From an uncultured Steroidobacteraceae bacterium (GTDB lineage Bacteria > Pseudomonadota > Gammaproteobacteria > Steroidobacterales > Steroidobacteraceae), in assembly GCA_964473595.1 (NCBI GenBank), contig CAYYQQ010000001.1, forward strand, positions 15,231 through 79,230: a DNA stretch of 64,000 bases, in the 5' to 3' direction. The position numbers and the translations under genes are program-made. Below the pieces are notes generated by a model. It had not been told where the DNA came from, ran no database searches, and saw only the letters and a list, made by a program, of their open reading frames with translations. Below, piece after piece: positions 38,171 through 52,690 of the stretch (the first letter of the stretch is position 1; every line of letters begins with the position of its first letter).

Positions 38171-39157
38171 ATGAAGGCTCTGCTTGTCGAGAAGGATGCC
38201 GATGGAAAGACCCATGCAGCGGTGCAGGAGATCGACGAAGCCCGGTTGCCCGAGGGCAATGTGAAAGTCGCGGTCGAATACTCGACTCTGAACTACAAGG
38301 ACGGGCTTTGCATCGGCACCGGTGGTGGTCTCGTGCGGACCTATCCCCATGTGCCGGGAATCGATTTCGCAGGAACGATCGAGGCTTCCGACGATCCGCG
38401 TTATAGGGGGGGCGACAAGGTTGTGGTCACCGGGTGGCGCGTCGGCGAGACGCATTGGGGCGGCTATGCCCAGAAAGCACGGGTCAAGTCCGACTGGCTG
38501 GTGCCGCTGCCCAAGGGCCTCAACTCACGGCAAGCCATGGCGGTAGGAACAGCGGGCCTGACCGCAATGCTGGCGGTGATGGCATTGGAGGATCACGGGC
38601 TGAAACCGGATCAGGGACCGGTGCTCGTCACTGGCGCTGCGGGCGGTGTTGGTTCGGTTGCGATCGCCATTCTCGCCGGTCGCGGCTATGAGGTGGCGGC
38701 CGTCACGGGCAGGCCGGAAACAGCGGATTATCTGATGTCGCTCGGTGCGAAGCGCATCGTCGCGCGTGTGGAACTCAATGAGACGATCAAGAAGCCGCTC
38801 GAAAGCGAGACATGGTCGGGCTGTGTCGATGCGGTTGGCGGCGCAATGCTGGCCCGGGTTCTGGGGCAGATGAAATACGGCGCGTCCGTGGCAGCCGTTG
38901 GCCTTGCCGGCGGAACCGCACTGCCGGCCACCGTGCTCCCCTTCATCCTCCGCGGTATCAACCTGCTGGGAATTGACTCCGTGATGCAACCCTTCGCGAA
39001 CCGCTTGCGCGCCTGGCAGCGCGTTGCGTCCGATCTGCCGTTGGACAAGCTTGAGGCAATGATCGAGCCGGCAACGCTGGGCGACCTGCCGCGCCTTGGC
39101 GCAGATATCCTGAAAGGACAGGTAAGGGGCCGCGTGGTGGTCGATGTCAACGCGTAA
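38171..39157 (+). CDS. acuI: Acryloyl-CoA reductase, YhdH/AcuI family (MDR superfamily)
   Basis: MKALLVEKDADGKTHAAVQEIDEARLPEGNVKVAVEYSTLNYKDGLCI...PHVPGIDFAGTI is collinear with E. coli YhdH (MQALLLEQQDGKTLASVQTLDESRLPEGDVTVDVHWSSLNYKDALAI...). ATG 38171 is spaced correctly from GGGAG. Confidence 0.8.
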   Translation: MKALLVEKDADGKTHAAVQEIDEARLPEGNVKVAVEYSTLNYKDGLCIGTGGGLVRTYPHVPGIDFAGTIEASDDPRYRGGDKVVVTGWRVGETHWGGYAQKARVKSDWLVPLPKGLNSRQAMAVGTAGLTAMLAVMALEDHGLKPDQGPVLVTGAAGGVGSVAIAILAGRGYEVAAVTGRPETADYLMSLGAKRIVARVELNETIKKPLESETWSGCVDAVGGAMLARVLGQMKYGASVAAVGLAGGTALPATVLPFILRGINLLGIDSVMQPFANRLRAWQRVASDLPLDKLEAMIEPATLGDLPRLGADILKGQVRGRVVVDVNA

Positions 39158-39941
39158 TCCGATGCCCGAGTCACCGGTTGTCGTCATCACGGGCGGCGCG
39201 AGCGGTATCGGTCGCACAATGGCCGCCCGATTCCTGCACGAAGGCTGCCGTGTTCACGTCGGCGATGCGGACCCGCGCGCGGTTGAGGAATTTTGCGCTG
39301 CGCATCGCGGCGCGAGCGGTAGCACGGCCGACATTGCGAATGTGGCGCAGGTCGATGCGCTGTTTGACGAGGTCCAGAGCCGCTACGGTCGTCTCGACGT
39401 CCTCGTCAACAATGTGGGCATTGCGGGGCCGATCGCACCGGTGGAATCGATCAGTCCGGCCGACTGGGATCGCACGATCGCGGTCGACCTCAATGGCTGG
39501 TTCTACTGCACGCGTCGTGCGGTGCCGATGCTCAGGTCCGCCGGCGGTGGTTCGATCATCAATATCTCGTCGAGCGCCGCTTTCTTCGGTACTCCCCAAC
39601 GCGCTCCTTACGTGGCATGCAAGTGGGCGCTGATCGGGTTGACCAAAACCCTGGCGATGGAGCTGGGCCCGGATCGCATCCGGGTCAATGCAATCTGCCC
39701 GGGCTGCGTGCAAGGTCCCCGGATTGACGGCGTCATCGAGCGGGATGCGGCGAGCCGTGGCCGGACGGCGGCCGAGATTCGTGCGATGTACTTGCGGCAG
39801 AGTTCCATGCGGCTGTTCGTCTCGGCCGAGGACGTCGCGAATCTGGCGTTCTTCCTCGCCTCTGCGCAGGGCGCGACGATCTCCGGGCAGGCGATCGGGG
39901 TTGACGGTCACACTGAATCACTTTCCAGCTGGATGGACTGA
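39144..39941 (+). CDS. SDR family oxidoreductase
   Basis: VVVITGGASGIGRT, NNVGIAG, and YVACKWAL (YxxxK). The start is 39144 or 39162. Confidence 0.85.
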   Translation: MSTRNPMPESPVVVITGGASGIGRTMAARFLHEGCRVHVGDADPRAVEEFCAAHRGASGSTADIANVAQVDALFDEVQSRYGRLDVLVNNVGIAGPIAPVESISPADWDRTIAVDLNGWFYCTRRAVPMLRSAGGGSIINISSSAAFFGTPQRAPYVACKWALIGLTKTLAMELGPDRIRVNAICPGCVQGPRIDGVIERDAASRGRTAAEIRAMYLRQSSMRLFVSAEDVANLAFFLASAQGATISGQAIGVDGHTESLSSWMD

Positions 39942-39969
39942 CCCCCTTGCCGGCGACAGGCGGATATTG

Positions 39970-40959
39970 ATGAGGGCCGCGTGGTTCGAGTCTTTTGGGC
40001 CGGCCCGCCAGGTCATCAAAGTCGGTGAGCAACCGCGACCCGAGCCAGCTGAAAACGAGGTTCTGGTTGGCCTCAAGGCCAGTGGCGTCAATCCTTCGGA
40101 TGTGAAGAAGCGCGCCGGCTCGATCCCGAGCCTGCTGGATGGCGGCCTGGTCATCCCCAACAGCGACGGCGCCGGGATCATCGAGGCGGTCGGCGCAGGC
40201 GTCGATCGAGGCCGGATTGGCGAGCGCGTCTGGGTCTACCAGGCGCAGTTCGGCAGGCGCTTCGGCACTGCCGCCGAATATGTGGCGCTCGACGCGTCCC
40301 GCGCCGTGCGCCTGCCCGATAACACCTCGTTTGAGATTGGTGCGTGCCTGGGCATACCGGCGATGACGGCTCATCGCTGCGTGTTTGCCGATGGTCCCGT
40401 CGCCGGCCAGGCGGTGCTGATAACCGGCGGCGCCGGTCGCGTGGGTTACTACGCCATCCAGTGGGCGAAGGCCGCGGGGGCCACAGTGATTGCGAGCGCC
40501 AGCAGTCCGCTTGATGAACAGGTCTGCCGGGGGCTCGGCGCGGACCAGGTCTTCAATCATCGCGAGCCCGGTTGGGGTGAACGCGTAAAGTCTCTCAATG
40601 GCGGCAAGCCCGTTGACCGGGTCATCGACGTGGAGTTCGGCGCCAACCTGCCCGAGGTGCTGCAGTGCGTTCGTGTCGGTGGCACCATCGCGACCTACTC
40701 TTCCACACAGGTGCCAGAACCCAGGCTGCCATTCCTCCGGATGATGTATCTGGACCTGACCCTGCGGCTGGTCATCGTTTATTCGATGCCGGAGTCGGCG
40801 AAAGCAAAAGCCATCGAGGACATTACGCGCTTCCTCGCGGACGGCCGACTTCAACACCGTGTTGCCCATCGCGTTCCGCTGGATGAACTGGCGCGAGCCA
40901 ATGAGCTGATCGAACGGGGTGGCGTGGGTGGTTGTGTTGTGGTGAGGGTCGGATCCTGA
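39970..40959 (+). CDS. NADPH:quinone oxidoreductase / zinc-type alcohol dehydrogenase-like (MDR)
   Basis: MRAAWFESFG..., GVNPSDVKKRAG, and VLITGGAGRVGYYAIQWAK. The track ORF (39688) has a spurious extension. Confidence 0.8.
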   Translation: MRAAWFESFGPARQVIKVGEQPRPEPAENEVLVGLKASGVNPSDVKKRAGSIPSLLDGGLVIPNSDGAGIIEAVGAGVDRGRIGERVWVYQAQFGRRFGTAAEYVALDASRAVRLPDNTSFEIGACLGIPAMTAHRCVFADGPVAGQAVLITGGAGRVGYYAIQWAKAAGATVIASASSPLDEQVCRGLGADQVFNHREPGWGERVKSLNGGKPVDRVIDVEFGANLPEVLQCVRVGGTIATYSSTQVPEPRLPFLRMMYLDLTLRLVIVYSMPESAKAKAIEDITRFLADGRLQHRVAHRVPLDELARANELIERGGVGGCVVVRVGS

Positions 40960-42539
40960 TGACTCCATCGAACTGGTTGAAGCTGGAGGTGCTCGCAGCC
41001 GGATTGCTGCTGGCCAGTTGCCACAGCGACCGCGCGCCGCCCGTGCCGACGGTCAAAGCCAATGGTGAGACGCTGCTGGGCGCGTACAGCGTCCGTCATC
41101 CAGAGGTCGCGAGCTTCAAGGGAATACCCTTTGCCGCAGCACCAGTCGGTGAGTTGCGCTGGCGGGAACCGCTGCCGCATGCGCCGCGCGCGGGCACACA
41201 GCCAGCACTCGAGTTCGCGGCTGCCTGCTATCAGGACAGCTACAACACGGACTGGTATCGCCGTGTGGGTGCGGCCTTCGGCGCGGATGCGGCAGTGTTT
41301 GTCGATCCGCCCTTCAGTGAGGACTGCCTGTACCTCAATGTGTGGACGCCGACCCGCGATCCGGGTGCCGCCCTGCCAGTCATGGTCTGGATACACGGCG
41401 GAAGCAACAAGGCCGGTTGGGCATTCGAACCCCACTATCAGGGCGCGAGCCTGGCCGCACGCGGCAATGTCGTGGTGGTCAGCATTGCCTATCGCGTTGG
41501 CATCTTCGGTTTCTTCGGCCATCCCGAACTGCGAGGCTCGGCGGCGCCGACCAACTTCGGCCTGCTCGATCAACTCGCGGCCTTACGCTGGGTGCACGAC
41601 AACATCGGCGAGTTTGGCGGCGACCCGGCCAACACGACGGTCTTCAGTGAATCTGCGGGTGCCGCAGACATCGGCTACCTGATGACCTCACCGCTCGCCC
41701 AGGGACTGTTCCACCGGGCGATCAGCCAAAGCGGCGGCTACCAGATGCTGGATGACCTCGATCTGGAGGACGCAGAAAAAGTTGGTTTGACCCTGTCAGC
41801 TGCACTGCCGGATAAACCGGACCTGACGGCCCTGAGGAAGCGCTCAAGCGCGGAAATCTTTCAGGCGGCCCGTGAGGTTCTCGCAGATCATCAGTACCGA
41901 CCCGTGGTGGATGATCTTGTGATAACGGTGCCACCTGCGGCCTTCTATCGCCGCCAGGGTGTGCCGTATGACTTGCTGGTCGGCACCAACGAGAATGAGT
42001 GGTACATGTACCTCGACGATGACCCTGCAAAGCTTGCCGATACACTGCGGAATATTCCTCCCGCAGTGCGCATGCTGTTCTCTGCCCGCGCTGCGCAAGA
42101 GCCGGATGTGCAGCGTGGTCACGACAAGGCTACGACGATCGTCAAAATGGCGTGTCCGGCCTACCTGATGGCTGCGAGTGTTGCCGGCGACAACCATCGC
42201 GCCTGGGTTTATCGATTCACACGCATCAGGCCGGGCCCGGGCGGTGAGCGGCTGCTGGCCTACCATGGCGCCGAGATTCCCTATGTCTTCGATACCCACG
42301 ACAGCTGGTTCAGCGGCGATGAGACTGATGCCGGCCTGACCACGGCAATGGTGGCGTACTGGAGCAACTTTGCGCGCACCGGCGACCCAAACGGAGCCGG
42401 GCTGGTGCCATGGCCCGCATACGCTACGCTGCCACCGCGCGTCCAGGAATTAGGCTCTCGCATCGCGCCCATTGCGGCGCCCGACCGAGCACTTTGTGAC
42501 CAGGCGGCGGGTAACCTGTATCCGGGCTGGTCACGCTGA
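40959..42539 (+). CDS. Type-B carboxylesterase/lipase family lipoprotein
   Basis: Lipobox LLLASC, EDCLYLNVWTP, nucleophile block TVFSESAGAADIG, and HGAEIPYVF. The ATG shares 1 nt with the upstream TGA (TGATG). Confidence 0.85.
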   Translation: MTPSNWLKLEVLAAGLLLASCHSDRAPPVPTVKANGETLLGAYSVRHPEVASFKGIPFAAAPVGELRWREPLPHAPRAGTQPALEFAAACYQDSYNTDWYRRVGAAFGADAAVFVDPPFSEDCLYLNVWTPTRDPGAALPVMVWIHGGSNKAGWAFEPHYQGASLAARGNVVVVSIAYRVGIFGFFGHPELRGSAAPTNFGLLDQLAALRWVHDNIGEFGGDPANTTVFSESAGAADIGYLMTSPLAQGLFHRAISQSGGYQMLDDLDLEDAEKVGLTLSAALPDKPDLTALRKRSSAEIFQAAREVLADHQYRPVVDDLVITVPPAAFYRRQGVPYDLLVGTNENEWYMYLDDDPAKLADTLRNIPPAVRMLFSARAAQEPDVQRGHDKATTIVKMACPAYLMAASVAGDNHRAWVYRFTRIRPGPGGERLLAYHGAEIPYVFDTHDSWFSGDETDAGLTTAMVAYWSNFARTGDPNGAGLVPWPAYATLPPRVQELGSRIAPIAAPDRALCDQAAGNLYPGWSR

Positions 42540-42579
42540 GTAATTTGCCTCGCTCTCGAACGTAGATTGGAGCAGCCCG

Positions 42580-44142
42580 ATGCATGACAGCACAGACCAA
42601 GCCGCCTTGAAGACAGACTGGACGATGTTCCTCACGACGGTGGCGGTCATTGCGATGATTTGCCTGCCGATCATCGGCTTCCACGACCAGGCCGCTAAGG
42701 CGATCACCAGCGCCTACGACACGATCACGACCCGGATTGGCGTCCTCTATCTCTGGTATGGCACGGGTCTCGTGGCCTTTCTTGTCTGGCTGGCCTTCAG
42801 CCGCTACGGCGAAGTGAGGCTCGGCGATGCCGATGACCGGCCGGAATTTTCCACGCTCAAGTGGGTTGCCATGCTGTTCTGTGCCGGTGTCGGGGCTGGG
42901 CTGCTCTATTGGGCGGTGATCGAGTGGGGTTACTACATCGATAAGCCGCCCTATGGACTCGCGGCACGCAGCGTGGCTGCGACCGAGTGGGCCGCGAGCT
43001 ACGGCATTTTTCACTGGGGCCCCACCGGTTGGGCGATTTTCTGCCTGCCGACGCTCGCCATCGCCTACCCGTACTACGTGCGCAAAGTTCCCTATCTGCG
43101 GCTCAGCACCGGCTGCAGCGCATACCTTCCGGAAGGCGTGACGAGCCGTCGCGGCCGGTTCCTCGACTTCTTCTACATGATCAACCTGATCGCCGGCACC
43201 GGTACCTCGCTCGGTTTGTCGACACCGATGATCGCAGCGAATGTTGCCGAGCTCTTCGGTCTCGAACACAACTTCGTGCTGGAGGTTGCCGTGGTGCTGG
43301 GCTGCATCGCGATCTTCGGGACGAGTGCCTTCTTTGGCCTGAAGAAGGGTTTCGCGCGGCTCGCTGACGCGACCATGTACTGTGCCTTCGCATTGTTGTT
43401 CTTCGTGCTGGCGGTCGGCCCGACCCTGTTCATCTTGAAGATGGGGACCAACAGCATTGGCCTGGTCCTGCAGAACTTCATCCACATGAACACCTGGACC
43501 GATCCCGTGACCAACAGCGGATTCGTCGAGAACTGGACGATCTTCTACTGGGCCTGGTGGCTGGCCTACGGGCCATTTGTCGGTATCTTCGTGACGCGAA
43601 TTTCGCGCGGCAGGACGATACGCGAAGTGATCGGGGGGATGCTGACATTCGGCAGTATCGGTGCGGCGCTCTTCTACATGGTCCTCGGAAATTACGCAAT
43701 GTATCTGGACCTGAATGGCATCCTCGATGTCAGCCACCTGATGGCGAATGGCGGCGAGCCCGAGGCCATCACAAGAGTCTTGACTAGCCTGCCACTCGGC
43801 CACCTGGCGCTGGCTGTATTCGCGGCGGTTGCCGTGCTGCTGCTGGCCACCACGTACGACTCCGCGTCGTACACGCTGGCGTCCGTCTCGACGCAGCGGC
43901 TCGAAGCCGGCAGGAATCCGGCGCGCTGGAACTGCGTCTTCTGGGCTTGCTGTCTTGGCATACTGCCGATCACACTGATGTTCATCGAGGGTGGCATCAA
44001 GGTCGTGCTCTCAGCCACCATCGTGTTTTCGCTGCCGCTCATCGCCATTGGCGTACTGATGTGCATGTCGCTGACGAAGATGCTGCGCGAGGATATCCAC
44101 CTGCACCGGCCACCTGCATTGGCTCCTGGTCCGGGCTCATGA
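42580..44142 (+). CDS. BCCT family (betaine/carnitine/choline/DMSP-type) transporter
   Basis: BCCT signature WTIFYWAWWLAYGPFVGIFVTRISRGRTIRE. 520 aa and polytopic. Confidence 0.9.
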   Translation: MHDSTDQAALKTDWTMFLTTVAVIAMICLPIIGFHDQAAKAITSAYDTITTRIGVLYLWYGTGLVAFLVWLAFSRYGEVRLGDADDRPEFSTLKWVAMLFCAGVGAGLLYWAVIEWGYYIDKPPYGLAARSVAATEWAASYGIFHWGPTGWAIFCLPTLAIAYPYYVRKVPYLRLSTGCSAYLPEGVTSRRGRFLDFFYMINLIAGTGTSLGLSTPMIAANVAELFGLEHNFVLEVAVVLGCIAIFGTSAFFGLKKGFARLADATMYCAFALLFFVLAVGPTLFILKMGTNSIGLVLQNFIHMNTWTDPVTNSGFVENWTIFYWAWWLAYGPFVGIFVTRISRGRTIREVIGGMLTFGSIGAALFYMVLGNYAMYLDLNGILDVSHLMANGGEPEAITRVLTSLPLGHLALAVFAAVAVLLLATTYDSASYTLASVSTQRLEAGRNPARWNCVFWACCLGILPITLMFIEGGIKVVLSATIVFSLPLIAIGVLMCMSLTKMLREDIHLHRPPALAPGPGS

Positions 44143-45754
44143 GTACTCTGGAGAAATTCCAATAACCACGATTTACGACGCGATCGTCATCGGCGGCGGC
44201 CACAACGGGCTGACCGCCGCGGCTTATCTGGGCAAGGCGGGTCTCAAAGTCCTGGTGCTGGAGCGGCGCGCCGTGCTGGGTGGCGCGGCGGTGACCGAGG
44301 AATTCCATCCCGGCTACCGCAACTCCATCGCTTCCTACACGGTAAGCCTCTTGCGGCCGGAGGTGATCGAAGAGCTGGAGCTGAGACGCCACGGCTACCA
44401 GCCGGTGCGGATGAAGGCCCATCTCAGCATTCTCCAGGACGGGCGCGCGCTCCTGATGACCGGCGACGATACCCATGATCGCGCCGCCGTCGGCCGCTTC
44501 TCCAACCGGGATTACGACAATCTCCACCGCTTCCACGCAGCGGTGGACCGGGTGGGGCAGGTGATCCGCGCCCAATGGCTGAAGCCGCCGCCCGCTCTCG
44601 GTGGCGGCATCATGGATCTGCTGACGCTGCTGCCGGCGGGGCGCGAGTTTCGCTGCCTCTCGCCCGACGACCGCCATCTGCTGATGCAGCTATTTACTTC
44701 GCCCGCGAATGAGATCGCCGAGCGCTGGCTCGAAAGCGAGCCGATGCGCAACATTACCGCCGGTCATTGTGTCTCCGGCAATTTCGCCAGCCTGGATGCG
44801 CCGGGCTCTGCGATTCCGTACTTCCATCATGCGCTCGGCGAATTCGAGGGAGAGCGCGGCGCCTGGGGCCATTCCCGCGGCGGCATGGGCGCGATCACCC
44901 AGGCGATGGCCGCGTCCGGCCGCGCGCGTGGAGTCGAGTATCGTACGAGCGCGGCGGTCGAGCGGATCATCCTGGAGGGCGGCCGCGCCGTCGGCGTGCG
45001 GCTGGAAGGTGGCGAGGAATTCCGCGCCAGGCGCGTGCTCGCCAACACCGATCCCAAGCGCACTTTCCTGAAGTTCGTCGGCCGCGAGAATCTGCCGGAA
45101 GGATTCGCCGACGGCATCGAGCGGCTGCGCATGGGCCATGCGACCCTGCGGATGAACCTGGCGCTATCGGGTGCGCCGGAGTTTGCGGCTCTGTCGGGCA
45201 CTGAGGCTGATATCGCCCGCGGCGCTTCCATCACCATTTTCCCGGAGCGCGCAACGATCGAGGCCAACTATCGCGCGGCGCTGGCGGGTCAGATCATCGA
45301 CGAGCCCTATCTGGACATCCGCATTCCTTCGGCCATCGATGACACGCTGGCGCCGCCGGGTCATCATGTGATGAGCGTGCTCGGCAAGTACTTTCCCTAT
45401 CGCCTGGCCGATGGGCAGAGCTGGGATCAGATCGGGCCGTCCGTCGCCGAGAGCATCCTGATAAAGCTGGAAAAGCGTATGCCCAATCTGCGGCGGCTGA
45501 TCGTCGGCCGGCAGCTGCTGACGCCGTTGGATCTGGAGCGCGTGTTCGGCCTCACCGAGGGCGACATCTTCCACGGCCGCCACGATCTCGATCAGATCTT
45601 CGGCCTGCGCCCTCATCCGAAGTCGGCGCAGTTCGCGACACCAATCCCCGGTCTCTATCTCTGCGGCTCTGGCGCTCATCCCGGCGGAGGCGTCTCCGGC
45701 GCCCCCGGCCGCAACGCCGCGATGCGCGTGATCAAGGACGCCCGGCGTGGGTAA
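44139..45754 (+). CDS. Phytoene-desaturase-like NAD(P)/FAD-dependent oxidoreductase; the 5' end needs a frameshift or non-canonical start
   Basis: The Rossmann motif YDAIVIGGGHNGLTAAAYLGKAGLKVLVLERR is encoded at 44174-44269, upstream of the first canonical in-frame start (GTG 44255). An ATG at 44139 forms ATGA with the BCCT stop but is in another frame and reaches TAA at 44163. Confidence 0.65.
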
Positions 45755-50750
<4,996 letters not shown>

Positions 50751-50754
<4 letters not shown>

Positions 50755-50948
50755 GGGCGCCGGGCGCGACGCGCCAGTCCAAGCATCGCGAGACCAAACA
50801 GGATCATCAGTCCGCCCCACCAGGCGTTGACGTTGTAGCCCGCCGAGCCATCCACCTTGACGGGCGTCGTGAACAGCCCGTAGCTGACCAGCAGCGCGCC
50901 GATCAGGAAGAACATCAGGCCGATCGGGAGGCGAATGTCGAATCTCAT
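50751..50948 (-). CDS. Small (65 aa) two-helix membrane protein of unknown function
   Basis: MRFDIRLPIGLMFFLIGALLVSYGLFTTPVKVDGSAGYNVNAWWGGLMILFGLAMLGLARRARRP. GGAGAC RBS 6 nt upstream of ATG 50948. Its TGA overlaps the TTG start of the next gene (TTGA). It is hidden inside the spurious track ORF 50751..52208. Confidence 0.55.
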
Positions 50949-50977
50949 GGTCGGTCTCCGTGACTGACGTGCCGGCG

Positions 50978-52690
50978 CTACCAGAACAGGATGTTGAGAA
51001 CCACCACGGCCGCGAGCGCCAGCGCGCCGAGGACCTCGGGCCGCGCGAACCAGCTCGTCGCCGAATCGTCGACACGCGGCGTCATCGAATACACGAGGCC
51101 CTTCAGGCGAACCTGGTCGGGCGCCGTGGTCGCAAGGCTCACGAGGATGGTAACCACAAAGCAGCTCGACCAGGCGATGATCGCGGTCCAGAAATTCTGT
51201 GCCATCTCGCTTGGATAATGATTGAGCACCGCGATCCAGCCGCCTTTGACTCCCGGCAGCGAGAGACCGGGCAGCGTGAGTCCATGATGGATGGCCGCCG
51301 CGAGCGTGCCGCCGATCAGTCCCGTGAAAGCGCCGTGGCCGGTGGCGCGCTTCCAGAACATTCCGAGCAGGAATGTAGCGAACAGCGGCGCGTTGATGAA
51401 GGCAAACACCAGCTGCAGCACGTCCATGATGTTGTTGAACTCGGAAACGAGGTAGGCGGCGGCCAGCGAGAGCAGTATGCCGACCACCGTCGCCACCCGG
51501 CCCATCCACAGGTAATGCTGGTCGCTGGCATCGCGGCGGATGTAAGGCTGGTAGATGTCGTTGGTCCAGACGGTGTTGAACGCCGTGACATTGCCGGCCA
51601 TGCCCGACATGAAGCTGGCGATCAGCGCGGTCAGCCCCAGGCCGAGCAAGCCGTTCGGAAAGTAATGGCCGAGCATGACCGGAATGACGAGATCGAAGTT
51701 CGGCGAGCCGTCCGGCTTCGCTGGGATCGACAGGCCACTGGCCGCGTCCTGGCTCAACGAAATCGCGATCATGCCGGGCAGGATGACCAGGAACGGAAAC
51801 AGCATCTTCGGCAAGGTCGCGATGATCGGCGCGCGTCGCGCGGCCGACATCGATTCGGCCGCCATCGCACGCTGGACCAGCAGGAAATCCGTGCACCAGT
51901 AGCCGAATGACAGCACGAAACCGAGGCCCATGACCATTCCGAACCATTCGATGCCCATGGGATTCGCAGCCGCGCTCCCCATGTGACGCCAGGACTCGCT
52001 CCACGCGCCGGCTGGGTAACCCTGCGACGTTGCCACGGTGGCAAGGCCCGATGTCAGGCCGTCCCAGCCGCCGATGTCGATGAGGCCCAGGATGACGAGC
52101 GGCGCGAAGCCGAACACGATGAGGAAGAACTGCAGCACTTCGTTGTAGATGGCGGAGGTGAGCCCGCCGAGCGCGACGTACACCAGCACGATGCCGGCGC
52201 AGATCCACATGCTGACGTCGAAGTCCCAGCCGACCAGCAGGCTGAGCAGCAGGCCCATCGCGTACATCGAGATGCCCGAAGACATCACGGTCATGACCGT
52301 GAACGAGACCGCGTTGAAGCCCCGGGTCTTTTCGTCAAAGCGCAGCCGCAGGTATTCGGGAACGGAGCGTGCTCGTGAGCCGTAGTAGAAGGGCATCATG
52401 AACAGCGCCAGGAACACCATCGCTGGAATTGCGCCGACCCAGTAGAAGTGGCTGGTCGCCATGCCGTACTTGGCGCCCGACGCAGCCATGCCGATGACTT
52501 CCTGGGCGCCGAGGTTGGCCGACATGAACGCGAGTCCCGCGACCCACGCCGGCATCGACCGGCCGGACAGGAAAAAATCCGTGCTGTTATGGATGCCGCG
52601 CTTGGCCACGACGCCGATGGCGACCACGAAAAGAAAGTAGGCCAGCAGGATCGACCAGTCGATCAGGCCCAGTCTGATTCCGGTATTCAT
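50978..52690 (-). CDS. Sodium:solute symporter (SSS/SGLT family), probable Na+/galactose-type transporter
   Basis: MNTGIRLGLIDWSILLAYFLFVVAIGVVAKRGIHNSTDFFLSGRSMPAWVAGLAFMSANLGAQEVIG is a typical SSS N-terminus. ATGA overlap with the galT stop. Confidence 0.85.
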   Translation of the reverse strand: MNTGIRLGLIDWSILLAYFLFVVAIGVVAKRGIHNSTDFFLSGRSMPAWVAGLAFMSANLGAQEVIGMAASGAKYGMATSHFYWVGAIPAMVFLALFMMPFYYGSRARSVPEYLRLRFDEKTRGFNAVSFTVMTVMSSGISMYAMGLLLSLLVGWDFDVSMWICAGIVLVYVALGGLTSAIYNEVLQFFLIVFGFAPLVILGLIDIGGWDGLTSGLATVATSQGYPAGAWSESWRHMGSAAANPMGIEWFGMVMGLGFVLSFGYWCTDFLLVQRAMAAESMSAARRAPIIATLPKMLFPFLVILPGMIAISLSQDAASGLSIPAKPDGSPNFDLVIPVMLGHYFPNGLLGLGLTALIASFMSGMAGNVTAFNTVWTNDIYQPYIRRDASDQHYLWMGRVATVVGILLSLAAAYLVSEFNNIMDVLQLVFAFINAPLFATFLLGMFWKRATGHGAFTGLIGGTLAAAIHHGLTLPGLSLPGVKGGWIAVLNHYPSEMAQNFWTAIIAWSSCFVVTILVSLATTAPDQVRLKGLVYSMTPRVDDSATSWFARPEVLGALALAAVVVLNILFW

